A stretch of DNA of 64,000 nt. Origin: Selaginella moellendorffii. Lineage: Eukaryota; Plantae; Lycopodiophyta. Both the position numbers and the translations under genes were made by a program. The DNA is taken from the NCBI RefSeq assembly GCF_000143415.4, contig NW_003314300.1:387581-451580 (forward strand), written 5' to 3'. The notes under the pieces are model-generated. The model was not told where the DNA came from. It saw nothing but the letters and a program-made list of their open reading frames with translations, and ran no database searches. Positions 50,979 to 63,511 of this stretch are shown here, one piece after another (positions within the stretch are counted from its first letter, which is position 1; the number at the start of each line of letters is the position of its first letter).

Positions 50979-52488
50979 ATGGGATCATCGTCTCCTCCGC
51001 AAGAACTAGTCCATTTGGTCGCGGTTCCATGGGTGATCCCAGGTCACGTAAATCCGCTCCTCCATCTCTGCTCCAAGCTCGCCGCGCTGGGCTCCTTCCA
51101 GATCACATTCATCAACACCTTCGAGAATCACGAGCGGATGTTCAAGTCGCGGGAGCCCATCACCCGCGAGGGCATCGATTTCGTAGGAGTCTCGGACGGG
51201 ATGCCGGAGCGCGGTGCCAACGATCATCCTCCCCCCGGGATGGAGGGACTGAAGGAGGTGATCAAATCCAGCGACGGATTGCAGCGCGGCGTGGAGGAGC
51301 TGCTGGAATCGATGATCCATGAGCGAGGGATTCCAATCAAGGCGATCATCTCCGACCTTTTCCTCCACTGGATCCAGGACATTGCCACCAGATTCAAGCT
51401 CGTGAGAGTGGCATTCTCCACGACCTCTGCGACCTTTGATCTCGTCACGCTCCACATGAGGAGGCTTCGATCCGAGGGATTCGTCCCGGTCAAGAGTGAG
51501 TTCTCGAAGATCTTTCTCGTGATGTTAACTTGGATCTCTCCTAGATCGCACAACTGGAGACAAGAAGATCGATTTCTTCCCTGGAATCCCATCGTTCTCG
51601 CCATTTGATCTTCCCCTGGCCTGGTACGAGGAGCACCCGATCATCCCCTTCTTCGAGCCGCCCTACGAGCGTCTCTTCCAGGCCGATTGGATCCTCTCGG
51701 GGACGTTCCAGGCGCTGGAGCCGGACATCGTCTCGATCTTCCACCACCACTACGGCGTCAAGAACTACCTCCCAATCGGCCCCTTTCTCCCCGACGAGCA
51801 CATGCATGGCTCTGGCGATGGCGGCCAGGAAGACCTCCGCGCCGCGCTCTCTAGCGAGGATCTCCGCTGCCTGGAATGGCTGGATTCGCGGCCCAACTCC
51901 TCGGTGCTCTACGTCGCGTTTGGGAGCATCGCGGTCATGCCCAGCGATCAGTTCCAGGAGCTCCTCCACGCGCTGGATCACTGCTGCGCCGAGAAGAATG
52001 TGGGCGTGCTCTGGTCGATACGGCCCAATCTCGTGGATGGCGAGTTCCCGCGCGAGATCTTCGATGCGTTCCTGGAGCGCAGTGGCGATGGCGCTTGCGT
52101 CGTGTCGTGGGCGCCCCAGATGCGCGTCCTCCGCCACGTCGCGGTGGGCGGATTCATCACGCACTGCGGATGGAACTCGGCGCTCGAGGGGATGTGCGCG
52201 GGCGTGGCGATGATCGGGTGGCCGTGCCTGTCGGAGCAGAACCTCAATTGCTCGTTCCTGGCCAAGAGGAAGCTGATGCTGCGCGTCAAGGATCACTCCA
52301 GGGACGGGATCCTGGGGCGAGAGGAGATTGCCAGAGCTGTGGACGAGCTCATGCACGGAGAGATTGGAAAGGAGATCCGGGCGAATGTGGGCGCGGTCAA
52401 GATCGAGGCGAGGAAGGCCGTGGCCACCGGTGGAAGCTCGCACGGCAATTTGCAAGCGTTCGTCAATGCCCTAGCTTTCAAAGTTTGA
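50979..52488 (+). CDS. UDP-glycosyltransferase (GT1), 2 exons
   Basis: GHVNP catalytic His, and PSPG box WAPQMRVLRHVAVGGFITHCGWNSALEGMCAGVAMIGWPCLSEQ. Intron 51496-51544 restores the frame. Confidence 0.93.
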
Positions 52489-54206
52489 CCCAAGTGTATA
52501 ATGTCACATCCACATTCCGTGTTTTCTTCAAATACTCCAGCGACGATCTAAGAACTAAAAGGATCCACAAATGAGAAAGACAATCTATCAACACAATGGA
52601 AATAAAGTTTTTAAACACACAAGAGCTCAAAGTTAATATACTTGCCTTTAGCATACATGAATGACCAAGAATGTGGCAAGAATTTATCCATGCACATGAG
52701 TCATATAGGCATATTCCTGTGCTAATAGCAAGAAATTGCTAGACTGGATTAAATAGTCGATTGGGATAAAAATACTTTGATAAAGAGATAGACATTCTAA
52801 CAATGAGAGACAACAGCAGCAGTGTGGTCGAATTTGGATGTGTTGAGTGCCCAGAACATTGTAGCAAATGTTAAACCACCCCCCTGCAAATCATAACATC
52901 TCGACACTCTTGACAACAGTTGGAGAAAACAAATGACATAGTTAACAACTATAAAAAAAAAAATGTAGATCCACTAACCAGTAAACTTTGGTCAAACATT
53001 CATGGAGGCAAACACTATGGTCATATCAATAAGGGAGGGGTATTCACTGTGCAATATTAAAGAAGAAAGTTGCTCCCTTAAATCTTGGATAGGAGCTGCA
53101 TAGAAAGAAACTGTAACAATCCCGCAACAATAGCAGTGATATTACCTTCCAAACAGTGTTCTGTCCTTGCATAATTGTGACACTTTTTTTCTGCTATTAA
53201 GCTTCTAAGTTTTGTAGCAATCAGATTAAATAAACTTACAATAGGCAAAAATTCACTGAGGTGATCTCAGTAATAGAGCAACTGTTTGACAACCTACATA
53301 ACCTCTATAATCACAAATGCAAGGACATGACAATGATAAACGTTTTGGGAAGCCAGCTTGCTCAAACTCAATGCTCTTTTAGACTTAGTAAAGAACAATG
53401 AAGTTGTGAATTGCTGCAGTCACATACAACAAAATACTGTACTGGACAAGATTGCATATCAAGAACACATCAATTCCTGGTTTCACTGCAAAACACTGTT
53501 GAGTTTGAGCAATGAAAGGCATACATCAAAGGAAAACATCACCTCTCACCTGTTGAATCTCTCTGAGAGCCTTTCCAATGTGAGCAACAATAGCTCTAAT
53601 GTGTTTGTTGGGCCTGTAATAAAGAAAACCTCCTAAACCCAAAAAATAGAATCTAAATTGGAATAAAAAGCCTTTACTCTTTTAATTATATATGGCAAAG
53701 CTTGTACTTAGGGCAAGCTCGACCATAGCGCTCAGCCCGTGTCTCCGCTCTCAAATGTGCAAGGCGAGCATAGCATGGAGAGCTCATCTCCAGTGCAAGT
53801 TCTATGATGATCACTCGGCACAGGAGATACTTGTCGCCACCGTGTTGCTTGGGGCAGAGTTATTGATCATGGTGTTGAATCCCAGTAGCACTAAGAAAGT
53901 ATGGATGATTCTTCCTCCTCCGCCCGACACCCATGCGTGTGCAAGGCAGGGGATTGAACAATGGGAAATCGGTGCGCGTCTTTGGTTCACACACGAATCG
54001 ATGGAGCGCCCCAGCGTCAATGCTGTGTCCTCGAGCTTGATGCATTTTGTCTAAGCTTATAAACTTCCTCATTCTTGTTCTTTGGATTAATATTTATCAG
54101 CTTACAAGAATATCGTAAATGCATTGTTTTGGTGTTTAGTCCGTGAGAATCAGTCAAGGTTCTTTGAGTTTGGTATACTGTTTTGTCGCTCAACATTAAC
54201 TTTGAC

Positions 54207-56745
54207 CTAATTTTTTGAGTTTGGAAGTATTTCTCCCCCTATGCCGTCCTTCGTCTCTACCGGGATCGCATCCAGATTTTGGGATGGCTCGCTGCATTCC
54301 GGGGTGTTTCCTTCCGCTTTGTGTGCCTGCAAACCAAAAATCCTCGCGAGATCCACCCATTGCTGCATCAAAAGTTTGCTTAAGAATGCAAAACAGAAAA
54401 TATCGATCCAATCTTACCTGCGTTCCCCAGTACGAGTTGGCTGTTCGTGCGAGGAATGAGAGTATGTTTCCAGCGAGAGGCGTCGACGCCAGAAAATAAT
54501 CTGCAATCCAGTGCTCTACTACTCCAGCGACGATCTAAGAACCAAAAGATCCACATCTTAGAACGAATGAAAAAGAAAGACACTTGATCAACTTACCTGG
54601 TATCTCAAGTTTGCCGAGAGGCCGAGGAACGTAGCATAGACCGCAGCGGTCTTGAAGATCGGAGATCTCTTGTTTGTCACTCTGGGAGCCAGCTCTGGAT
54701 TGAGTTTCCGCCGAAGATCCAGGTACGCGTTCGTGAGTGACAAAGTTCCTACGCTGGAGATGAATCCTACCGAGAAGAGCTTCACTCCTCCAAGTACAAC
54801 CGCGAGAAAACGTGTACTCGGATCCCAGTTCGTGCCAGTGTGAGCTCTCTGGAATGCGTTGTCTGGGATTGATCCTAGAAATCCCTCTAGGCCACCGACG
54901 GCCGATTCATCGTTGAAAACTCGAAACGCCAGCCTCGGAGCTGGGAGCCAGACCGTGAAGAAGTCGACGACCGATCCCCTCACCGTGTCGGTGATAACGT
55001 AGTCCAGCTCTTTCCAAAACCTGTCTTTCCTGCGCTCGTACTGTGCTATGAGTGTGGTGGTGATCGAGATGGATTCCTCGATCGCTAGCCTGTGAAGAAA
55101 TCGTGGATCGGCAAGCAATCTTTCCCTCAAACCCTGCCAAAAGTCATGCGTGAGTTAGTGGTTCCTGGAAAAGATGAAAACAAAATGCACCTGGAACCTC
55201 TTTGTGAGTTCTGCTAGAACCGGGTGCTTGTCCAGATCGAGAAAACTCTGGAGAAGCTCTGGTGATATCACTCCTCTCTCTAGTCCTGCTTGTAAATCCT
55301 ACAAAAAAGAAAGAAATCCATCAGTCCAGGAATGAAGTTTCAAGGACTAAGCGAAACCAACCTGCGGCAATGCTTCGCGCCTCCTGCCGGCGGCACTCAT
55401 CACGCGAGCAACTTCAGCACGATCAAAGCAGTTCCTGACACAAACTTTTGCCGCTGAGTACCACAAAAAGTCGGCCTGTGGCAGCTCTCCTTCTTTGCGA
55501 ATGTGCTGCCTCTCGGGATTCAGCAAGATCACAGCCTGTGTCTTCTTCGGCAGGATTGGTGCAATCCTTGACGGCAAGCCCGATCCCTTAGCTCCATACT
55601 GGACGTGCGAAGCGCCGGTTATGACAACCACTAGACCAACCGTGCCCGAGTCCACGAGTGCCTGACGAACAACTTGAGCCATTGTGTGATCCTGGACAAT
55701 CCGAGCTTGAGCAAACCGGTAAGGTCCTGGGCCGAAAGGAACCGATGCATTTGCGAGAACATCCGGCTGCAAAGACTGCTGAAAAATCTCGTACGAGAGT
55801 GCCGAACCGCGTTTGATCGGCGGACTGTATCGCTTGCGGTCGCCAACGCTCAGTCCCTGTATGCCTTTGGTTTGAACAGTGCGAAGAACTTCCGGTGGAG
55901 CACCGCATGCCATGAGTCTCACTCCATTGTCTCGGCAGTACTCCAAGAGTGGCTGGTATTGCTCCCAGCGTCCCTCGGGCCAGTCGAGTACTTGAGCCTT
56001 GAGATCAGCACTGTCGGAGCTGCGAAGAAACTATCAGTTACTCATTCACGACTTTATTTCGCTATAGTCACCTTTTGTTCATGAACTGATTGAGCGATCC
56101 TTGAAGAAGGCATGGAAACGCTTCGATCGCTAGAGTAACAGGTCTCTGCTGCTCGAAACATCTGTCTCGCAAAGCTCTCACGACTTCCAGCTCCAGCACC
56201 TGCGAACTAGACGCAAGTCCATTCTCAGATCATTCTCCAAGAGAAAAACGAAGAACTAAAGTATCAAAGTGTCGGACCTTATCGTCGGGATCCGGCACAC
56301 GCTCCGCCTCGCCAAGGTACACCACCCGAGAAGCCAGGAGCTTCTGCCATACTCGATCGCGGTTGCTCGCAATCGCTACAGGCTCTCCCAGCACCAAGGA
56401 GTCGTAAACTCGAGACTCGGCAGCTTTGTCTTCCTCCCCCAGAGACCAGAGCTTCCTCTTCTCCTTCCCGCTGGTTCCAGCCGGAGCATTCTCCACAGCT
56501 CCAGCTCCCTGGTTTTGCAAGGTCAGCGGCAAGAGAAGCGAGGCCCCCAGTAGAATCCTCCTTGTCGGCTGGAACTGGAATCCCCCTCCATCACCCTGGC
56601 ACGATTCATCGCGGCTGCACCGAGCGACCAATCTGCTCGCAATTCTAGTGTACCTCACAGCGATCCAGAAGCTTGAGCGGTGGCCGGATAGCTCGCGAGG
56701 ATGTAGAACCGATGCCGCCGAGCTCGCGGAAAGCGCTAGCGCCAT
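54207..56745 (-). CDS. RETICULATA-RELATED 5/6-like plastid protein (ChaN/Tiki-like domain + DUF3411)
   Basis: Transit peptide with twin-Arg [71 protein letters not shown] and [14 protein letters not shown]. Confidence 0.9.
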
Positions 56746-56884
56746 CGCATTGCCCTAATCATCCATGGCGAGCTTGAAGGAGAGATTTGGATGGAGCTCG
56801 CGGCGCTGGCATCAGCGCCCCAGATTGACCGATCGATCGCGTGTCGCCTTTGCCCTCGTGAGGAGAGTGTCCGGCCATAATCCC

Positions 56885-56977
56885 GCCACGTCACGCCGCG
56901 ATAGGGGCTGCCACGTGTAGGGCTGATGGGGCATACCCTGCCGACGTGACAGGCGATGCCGGCAATCCGCCACGTCA
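56885..56977. promoter_or_regulatory. Cluster of ACGT-core (G-box/ABRE-like) elements in divergent promoter
   Basis: GCCACGTCA (56885), GCCACGTGT (56910), GACGTG (56943) and GCCACGTCA (56969) within 93 bp. Confidence 0.55.
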
Positions 56978-57079
56978 GCGTGACCATTCGAGAGCTTCAT
57001 CCCCAGAGAGAAAAGAGAGAGCGCGCCCAGGGCAAAGGCGAGGGTGGAGGCGAGCAGCTGAGGCGCGCCTTCCACAAGA

Positions 57080-58616
57080 ATGGGGGGCGGCACGGACAAG
57101 ATCGGCGATATCGCCGGGCATTTGCTCTCGGATGAGTATTGCAACAAGCATCTCAAGGGGAAGCCGACGATGAAGAAGACCAAGCAATCGCTCTCCTGCT
57201 TCGATCAGACGCTCCCAGTCTCGGTAAGCGATCTCTCCTCGCCTCGATCTCTCTCTCAGGGCGCGCGCGCCGCTTGTGGAGACACCATTTCCTGGTTTCT
57301 CGCGGATCGGCGCCATCGCCAGGGTTTCTGGGGATTCGGCGATCGCGGGGTCGAATCCCGTTAGCCGCAAGTCTTAGTTTTTTCCTCGTGGGATTTGAAC
57401 GTTTGCCCAGCTCTGGACGACTCTCACAAGTACTTTTTTTTTTTTTTTTTCTTTGTTGGCAGATACAAAGGAAGGCCGGACGTCACAATTTGTGTCGGCT
57501 CACCGGGAAGGATTTGCCGTATTGGTCTTCCAACAATGAGTATAGGTGAGTGAGCTTAGATCCTTCTCTTTTTTCTTTTTTCTTGAGCTTTTCCTAGAGT
57601 TTTTTTCTTGGCTTTCAGCTGACAATCTTTGTGTTACAGACATAAGATGCCGAAAAAATATCCCAGCGACTTTACACGCAAGGGAGACGGTGAAAGAATC
57701 AAGCGGGGAGAGCTGCGTAAGGCTCCACCGAAGGCCGAGCCTCCAGTGGCTGGAGCATACAAAGCTCGCGACAATCCCCCCAACACTCTTGTAAGAAGAA
57801 GTGCCCAAGGCCCACGGGGATTTTCTTAAAGATCAACTGTAAATGAACTTTCTTTCATATTCTTTTTTCTCCTTTTTCGCTTGCTTGCCACTTAGATGCT
57901 TACTGACATTTTGTTGTGGTTTCCAGTTCAGGAAGCTCTACGAAAGAGGTGACTTGCCGCTCAAAGTAGATCACGGGAGCGCCAAGAACACCATCACTTG
58001 GAAGCTCGACATAAACAAGATGGACTACCACCACTATCTGCCAATCTTCTTCGATGGTATTCGGGAAAAGGAGGATCCATACAGATTCATTGCTGTCAAG
58101 GGTTGTGAAGATCTGCTGAAGGTAAATGTCTCGTACCATTTTCCTGTGGAGCGTTTTAGCTAAAGGCAGTTCGTCCAGGCAGGAGAAGGGAAAATCTTCC
58201 CTGTAATTCCGCAGTTGATTATTCCCATCAAGACCGCTCTCAACACTCGGGATCCATCCGTGATGAACATCACTTTGCAGGTAACTGTGAGTCTGTCCTT
58301 CGGAATTATTGTTTTGGTTCTTATTCCCGCAAGGTGGGAGGGTCTCTTGCAGCTTATGATGAAGCTCGTCCAGTCTGAGAAAGACGTGGGGCAATCTCTG
58401 GTTCCTTACTATCGGCAGCTCCTCCCGATCCTCAACATTTTTAAGAACGACATCCCAAACATTGGCCACAACATCGATTACGCGCAGCAAAAAAAGGCTT
58501 GCACGGGAGAGCTTGTACAGAAAACTCTCGAGATGTTTGAGCAACACGGCGGAGAGGATGCCTTCATCAACATCAAGTACATGGTGCCGACGTACGAGTC
58601 GTGTGTTATTGGGTGA
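57080..58616 (+). CDS. PACRG: Parkin co-regulated gene protein (flagellar axoneme inner-junction protein)
   Basis: NPPNTL|[12 protein letters not shown]...[56 protein letters not shown] and [19 protein letters not shown]. Two upstream exons (57080-57222, 57463-57545) splice in frame, so the start is less certain. Confidence 0.92.
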
Positions 58617-59858
58617 TTAGTCTTTCTTTTTTTCTGAGATACAAAATGTTTATGGAGCAATACATTAAACACATTTAACGATGTTATAATAATAAGTAAA
58701 TAAATAAATCAAGATTTTCTTTTAACTCAAATATGTTGTTGTGCCATTATTTTATCAAAGGTACAGCAAGGGGGTGTGCTAAACAAAGTCAAAAACTTTA
58801 TGTACATAATAGGTATTATACCAGATATTCTCATAAATTCCATTCTCACAAATCTGAGTTTATATTTCAGCCATGAATATACTTTACTTAAGAGTATATC
58901 AATTAATATATGCTAATTTCAATTATTAAATACACTAATGCTCTCTTTCAAATATACATATTGGTTTATATATTTAATTTATAGTTATTAATAAAATATA
59001 CTGTAGAATTGATCATAAGCCCATTGGCTATAGAATACAAATATTATTTTAATAAATAAAATTGTTTTAATTAACTAAAAGAGATAATTATTTAAAATAT
59101 TTTGTAAAATATAAAATTATAATTTTCTTATTTACAGTTAAATTTATTTTCAACAAATTCAGCAGTAAAAGAATCTTCATGTTTATAACAATCTGCAAAT
59201 GACCAAAATTCTAATCATGATCACCTTTAGTTTTATATTCTGCAGTGTTTGGAAAAACAACTAATTAATAAAGCTTATAATTTATTCTAAAATCAACAAC
59301 TTAGGATTTTGATCTGTTCCAATTTCAAGGAATAAGGATTTCTTATATATAAAAACATTTACATCTCTATCATACTTATCAAAATAAATATTTAAATCAC
59401 AAGTCACAAGTTTTTCTAAAGAATCATTCAAATAATTAATACCTTCATTTTAACCAGGATCTAGTTAAATATAATTTAGAGAAATATATAATGTGAGAAT
59501 AAAATTGGATTGATCAATTAAATATACTAAAAATACACACTTCTTCCCTCAGAGGAAAAAAAAGAGGTAAAGTGGTGAATGTAGTATGCTCTTCTTTCTT
59601 TCCTTTGTTTTGGAGAAGTGTTAGATGCATTGATTGATGTGAATTCTTGTCAATGTTATGGGGGCTAGTGCTTATGTGGCTCTTCACAAGAACCCTCCCC
59701 TTATGAACAGAGCCCAAATTTTATGCTCAATTTTAAATATCCAACTATTCATTATACTATTAATTCATTTGTGTGCCATTTGGATATTATAGAAGACATG
59801 TCCAATGTCATTGGCATTTCTATAAATATTAAATATTTTCTTTAAGGGTTATTTCTAA

Positions 59859-60308
59859 ATGAAACTCTTAATTAGTATTATAATCTTATGTAGTTTGAGT
59901 GTTCTGCAATGCCTTGGTTATTCAAGTCCAGCTCTAGAAAGATGTTATGATAGGGAGCCACATAGAGAAGTTTCTATGGGTTTTGTATGTCAGTCTATAC
60001 GTCAATTAACCTTACGATGGGCAGGATCACCTTATCATACTACTTATGTAATACTAGGAAGAGGTTATAGAATTTATATGAAAGTAGAAACATGGAGAGC
60101 TCATGATCAAAATAGGAATGTTACTGAAAATGATATTGTTGAAGCTTTTAATTTTATTATTAGAAATTGCATATCTCGTGGCTATGGTGGAGAAGTTTTT
60201 TTCCAAGATCAATCTATTTTTATAACTATACACATATTACCAAGAGATGAACTGTCTACACTATTAAATATTTTTCCAGAATCAATCTTGAGTGTTTGTA
60301 ACTTTTAA
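59859..60308 (+). CDS. Orphan small secreted Cys-containing protein, intronless (149 aa)
   Basis: A 450-nt open frame in very AT-rich DNA with a clear signal peptide (MKLLISIIILCSLSVLQCLG) and TATAAATA at 59821. Confidence 0.6.
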   Translation: MKLLISIIILCSLSVLQCLGYSSPALERCYDREPHREVSMGFVCQSIRQLTLRWAGSPYHTTYVILGRGYRIYMKVETWRAHDQNRNVTENDIVEAFNFIIRNCISRGYGGEVFFQDQSIFITIHILPRDELSTLLNIFPESILSVCNF

Positions 60309-60959
60309 GTGATAGTGGTTGCTATTGATTATTTTCTAAATCCAAAATTTTTAAAGAGGGAAAATTGATTTAGATGATACATTAATAATATCAAAGCTAT
60401 ATTACTATAAAATATTTTATTTAATAAAAAATTACTAGTGTAATCATTGTATTGATGTAGATTTTGCTCCAAATGTGCTTAGGCCTTCCAAACTGACAAA
60501 CAGCTCATACATATTCCTTGGAGATGTCAAGAGCTTGTCATCAAGAAGGGAAGATGACAAAACTACTAATAAATTACTAAAACAATAGAGGAAAAGATCT
60601 TAAAAACCCCATTTTTATTAGGCTATAAAAACTAATCTAGTTTGACCCAAAGCTAATCCATAAATTTAATTTAGTTATGGGTATATACTAATTCTATATA
60701 CCCATATATGTGTATAGTTGGTATTGAGTGCAAATCCTATGAGCAAAGTTTTGAGGTTTGACTTGCACTTTGGCCAATAATGGTGAATATATTTCTCAAG
60801 AGATAGCAAATATATCATATCATCCCCCCCTCTAATGCTGAGAACTGAGCAACAACTGAAAGTGTGCAATACCAAGCTTAGATATATATCATTAATGAAA
60901 ATTTGCAACCAGCTTAATTAAGCATACCTAGCCTTAGAAGGAGTTTTTGTTTTATTGTT

Positions 60960-63511
60960 TTGCACTAGCTAATAACAAAAACACTTGCATATTGAACATT
61001 AGTCCATTAATATCACTATATAATAGCTTATTATGTTTGGCCAACACCTTTACTACCATGCTTATATATTGGTTCTATTTCAGTCCCATTAGTTATTTAT
61101 GAAAAGTATTTAGGTCTGTCAGTTAGGTATATTTATGGGATGAAAAGATTGTCTTGAATACAATAGTATTATTCCTATGTCCAGATTTGCAATATAACAC
61201 CATTATATATTAGTAAGTTTTTGAGATTGTTAATTCCTAGATTATGTATAGTTGACTTACCTGAGACATTGTTTAGCTTCTCGCTAGGCATGTTTATCCA
61301 TGTTTTGCATTTGGTTTGGATCTAAGTTCAAGTTTAAAATCATACTAGGTGATAATATCCTCATGTTAAATCATTAATATGTTGAAATATCACTAAACTG
61401 GCTTTATTTTATATATTAGTTTTGGCACTAGGATGCTAAAAGCTTTATGACTATTTTAGTATTTCTTTGTGCTCATATTTCTACTTCCTTTGGATATACG
61501 TTTGGGAGTTTAGCTTCATCTCTTCATTTAGTAGACCAAGTCCCTAACATTTAAGTCTTACTTGATTATCCTTGACACATGTATCCATGAGTTAGATTCC
61601 ATTTGATGGTTATCCTAAAGTAATTTACCATAGGAAAACCACATGCTATATTTGGTATTAGAAACTATATTTAAGTGAGTATTGTATAATGAGATTGGGC
61701 AATTAATCTTATTGCAAATTCAGAGATAAAAATAATGATCCAAGTGAGTATATATTTAGTTGTTATAGCTTTGCATATGTCCCTAAGTACAGATTTTAGT
61801 ATGTACTATTTTATACCATATTGTATGAGCTTTTGCTTGGACTTATTAATTTGAGTTGCTCACATAATATGGTATAAAGAGGTAACTAAAATCCATACCT
61901 AAAGAACAGCTGCAAAGTCATAACACCCAAACGTGTACCCACTCAAATCATTAATTTCATCTCTATATATGTAACAAAATTAATTGCCCAATCTCATTGG
62001 ATAATACTCATTAAGACTCATTCTCTTATACCAAATGTAGCACATGTCCTTCACCATATGGTGCTTTACTATAGGATAATCACAGAGTGGAACTTAAACC
62101 CCCACATGCTAAATGCCATATGTCCAAAGGCAATGGAGTGGAACCCATTTAGCTCCATTTTGTGTGATGGTTTTGGCATTGGGATGCTGGATACTCAGGA
62201 GTTAATTTTTGGGACATAAATATGCTTAATTAGCAAATATAAACACTTCCATAAATAACCATTGAGATTGGATAGGACAACATATAAGGCATGATAGTGA
62301 GTGTATCTTAATAGACATAATAAGCTATCATTTAGCAAATATTAAGGAACCAAGCTCAATATTGCAAGGGTTCCTAATACTATCAAGTGTAAGCCAACAT
62401 ATAAATTTCTCATACCAGGTTGACTATGTTGTAGCACATGTGGTTTTCACTCTTTATCCTATGATGATTTACCATAGGATAACCACGAAGTAGAACCTAA
62501 ACCCTCAATGTGCCACGTGTCATATGCCACATGCCATATGTCAAATGACAATGAAACAAAACCTGAGTTTCAAGGCCTTGAGCCATTGAATGAAGGAATA
62601 GAGCTAAACTCCTAAGCATGGAGCCAAAGAGCGAAGGAACCAAAGCATGGAGTGACTTAGAACAATATTAAAGTATCTAGCATCCTAATGTTATAATTAG
62701 CATGTAAAACGGAGCTAAATGAAGTTTGGTGCTATTTTAGCATATTGGTAGCCTAATTTGAGGATATGGGTACTCCATCGATATGGAGCTTAGGCTTAGA
62801 CCCAAGTCGGATGTAGAACAAGGATAGACACATAAGTGAGAGCTAAACTATACCTCAGATTAATCAGCCATGCTTAACCTATTCACTATCTTTACTTTAC
62901 ATTTGGAACCCCCAACCACCCCTCCCCCCCTTGAGGACCACACATTTTGGACTTTCACCCCTTGTCACCTTTAATACCAAGAGTTAGTCTTTGGAATAAG
63001 CACAAAAGTTATTAAATGTAGAATTGTGTTAGATTGCGAATTTGGACATGAGACTAACACCATTGTGTTCAATACAATCTTTACATTTTATAGATATACC
63101 AAAATAAATTAGCAAATCTAGACACTTTCTATAAATAGTAATTGGGACTGAATAGGACCAACACATGAGGCATGATAGCAAAGGTGTTTGACAGACATGG
63201 TAAGCTATCATCTGGCAATATTGAAGGACCAAGCTCAATATCGCAAGGGTTCCTAATACTAGTAAGTGCAAGCCAACATGTGAGCTTTTCATATTGAGTT
63301 GAGTACGCTCAACAAAAAACACATAGAAGTTCCTACTTTATATTCATTCAACATAAGTACATACATGATAATCAATTTCTCAACTAGATTAGGTGGAAAC
63401 TAATAAAATGTCTAGCAATACCAACCTTCTGTTATTATGGCAGTAAGGAAAATATATCCGAAAGGACTAACCGACAAATAAATATTGATACTTGTAGTCA
63501 TATTCGTAACA
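60960..63511. mobile_element. Head-to-head LTR-derived copies forming an imperfect palindrome; right copy is a minus-strand 3' LTR
   Basis: Inverted symmetry centred at ~61843. On the minus strand the LTR starts TGTTACGAATATGAC at 63511, directly after a G-rich PPT (63512-63525). Confidence 0.7.

Noticed and set aside
53692-54054. 120-aa ORF with VLNP..K.W..LPPPP, reminiscent of F-box-associated domains
   Set aside because: Single short motif and no F-box; too weak to call.
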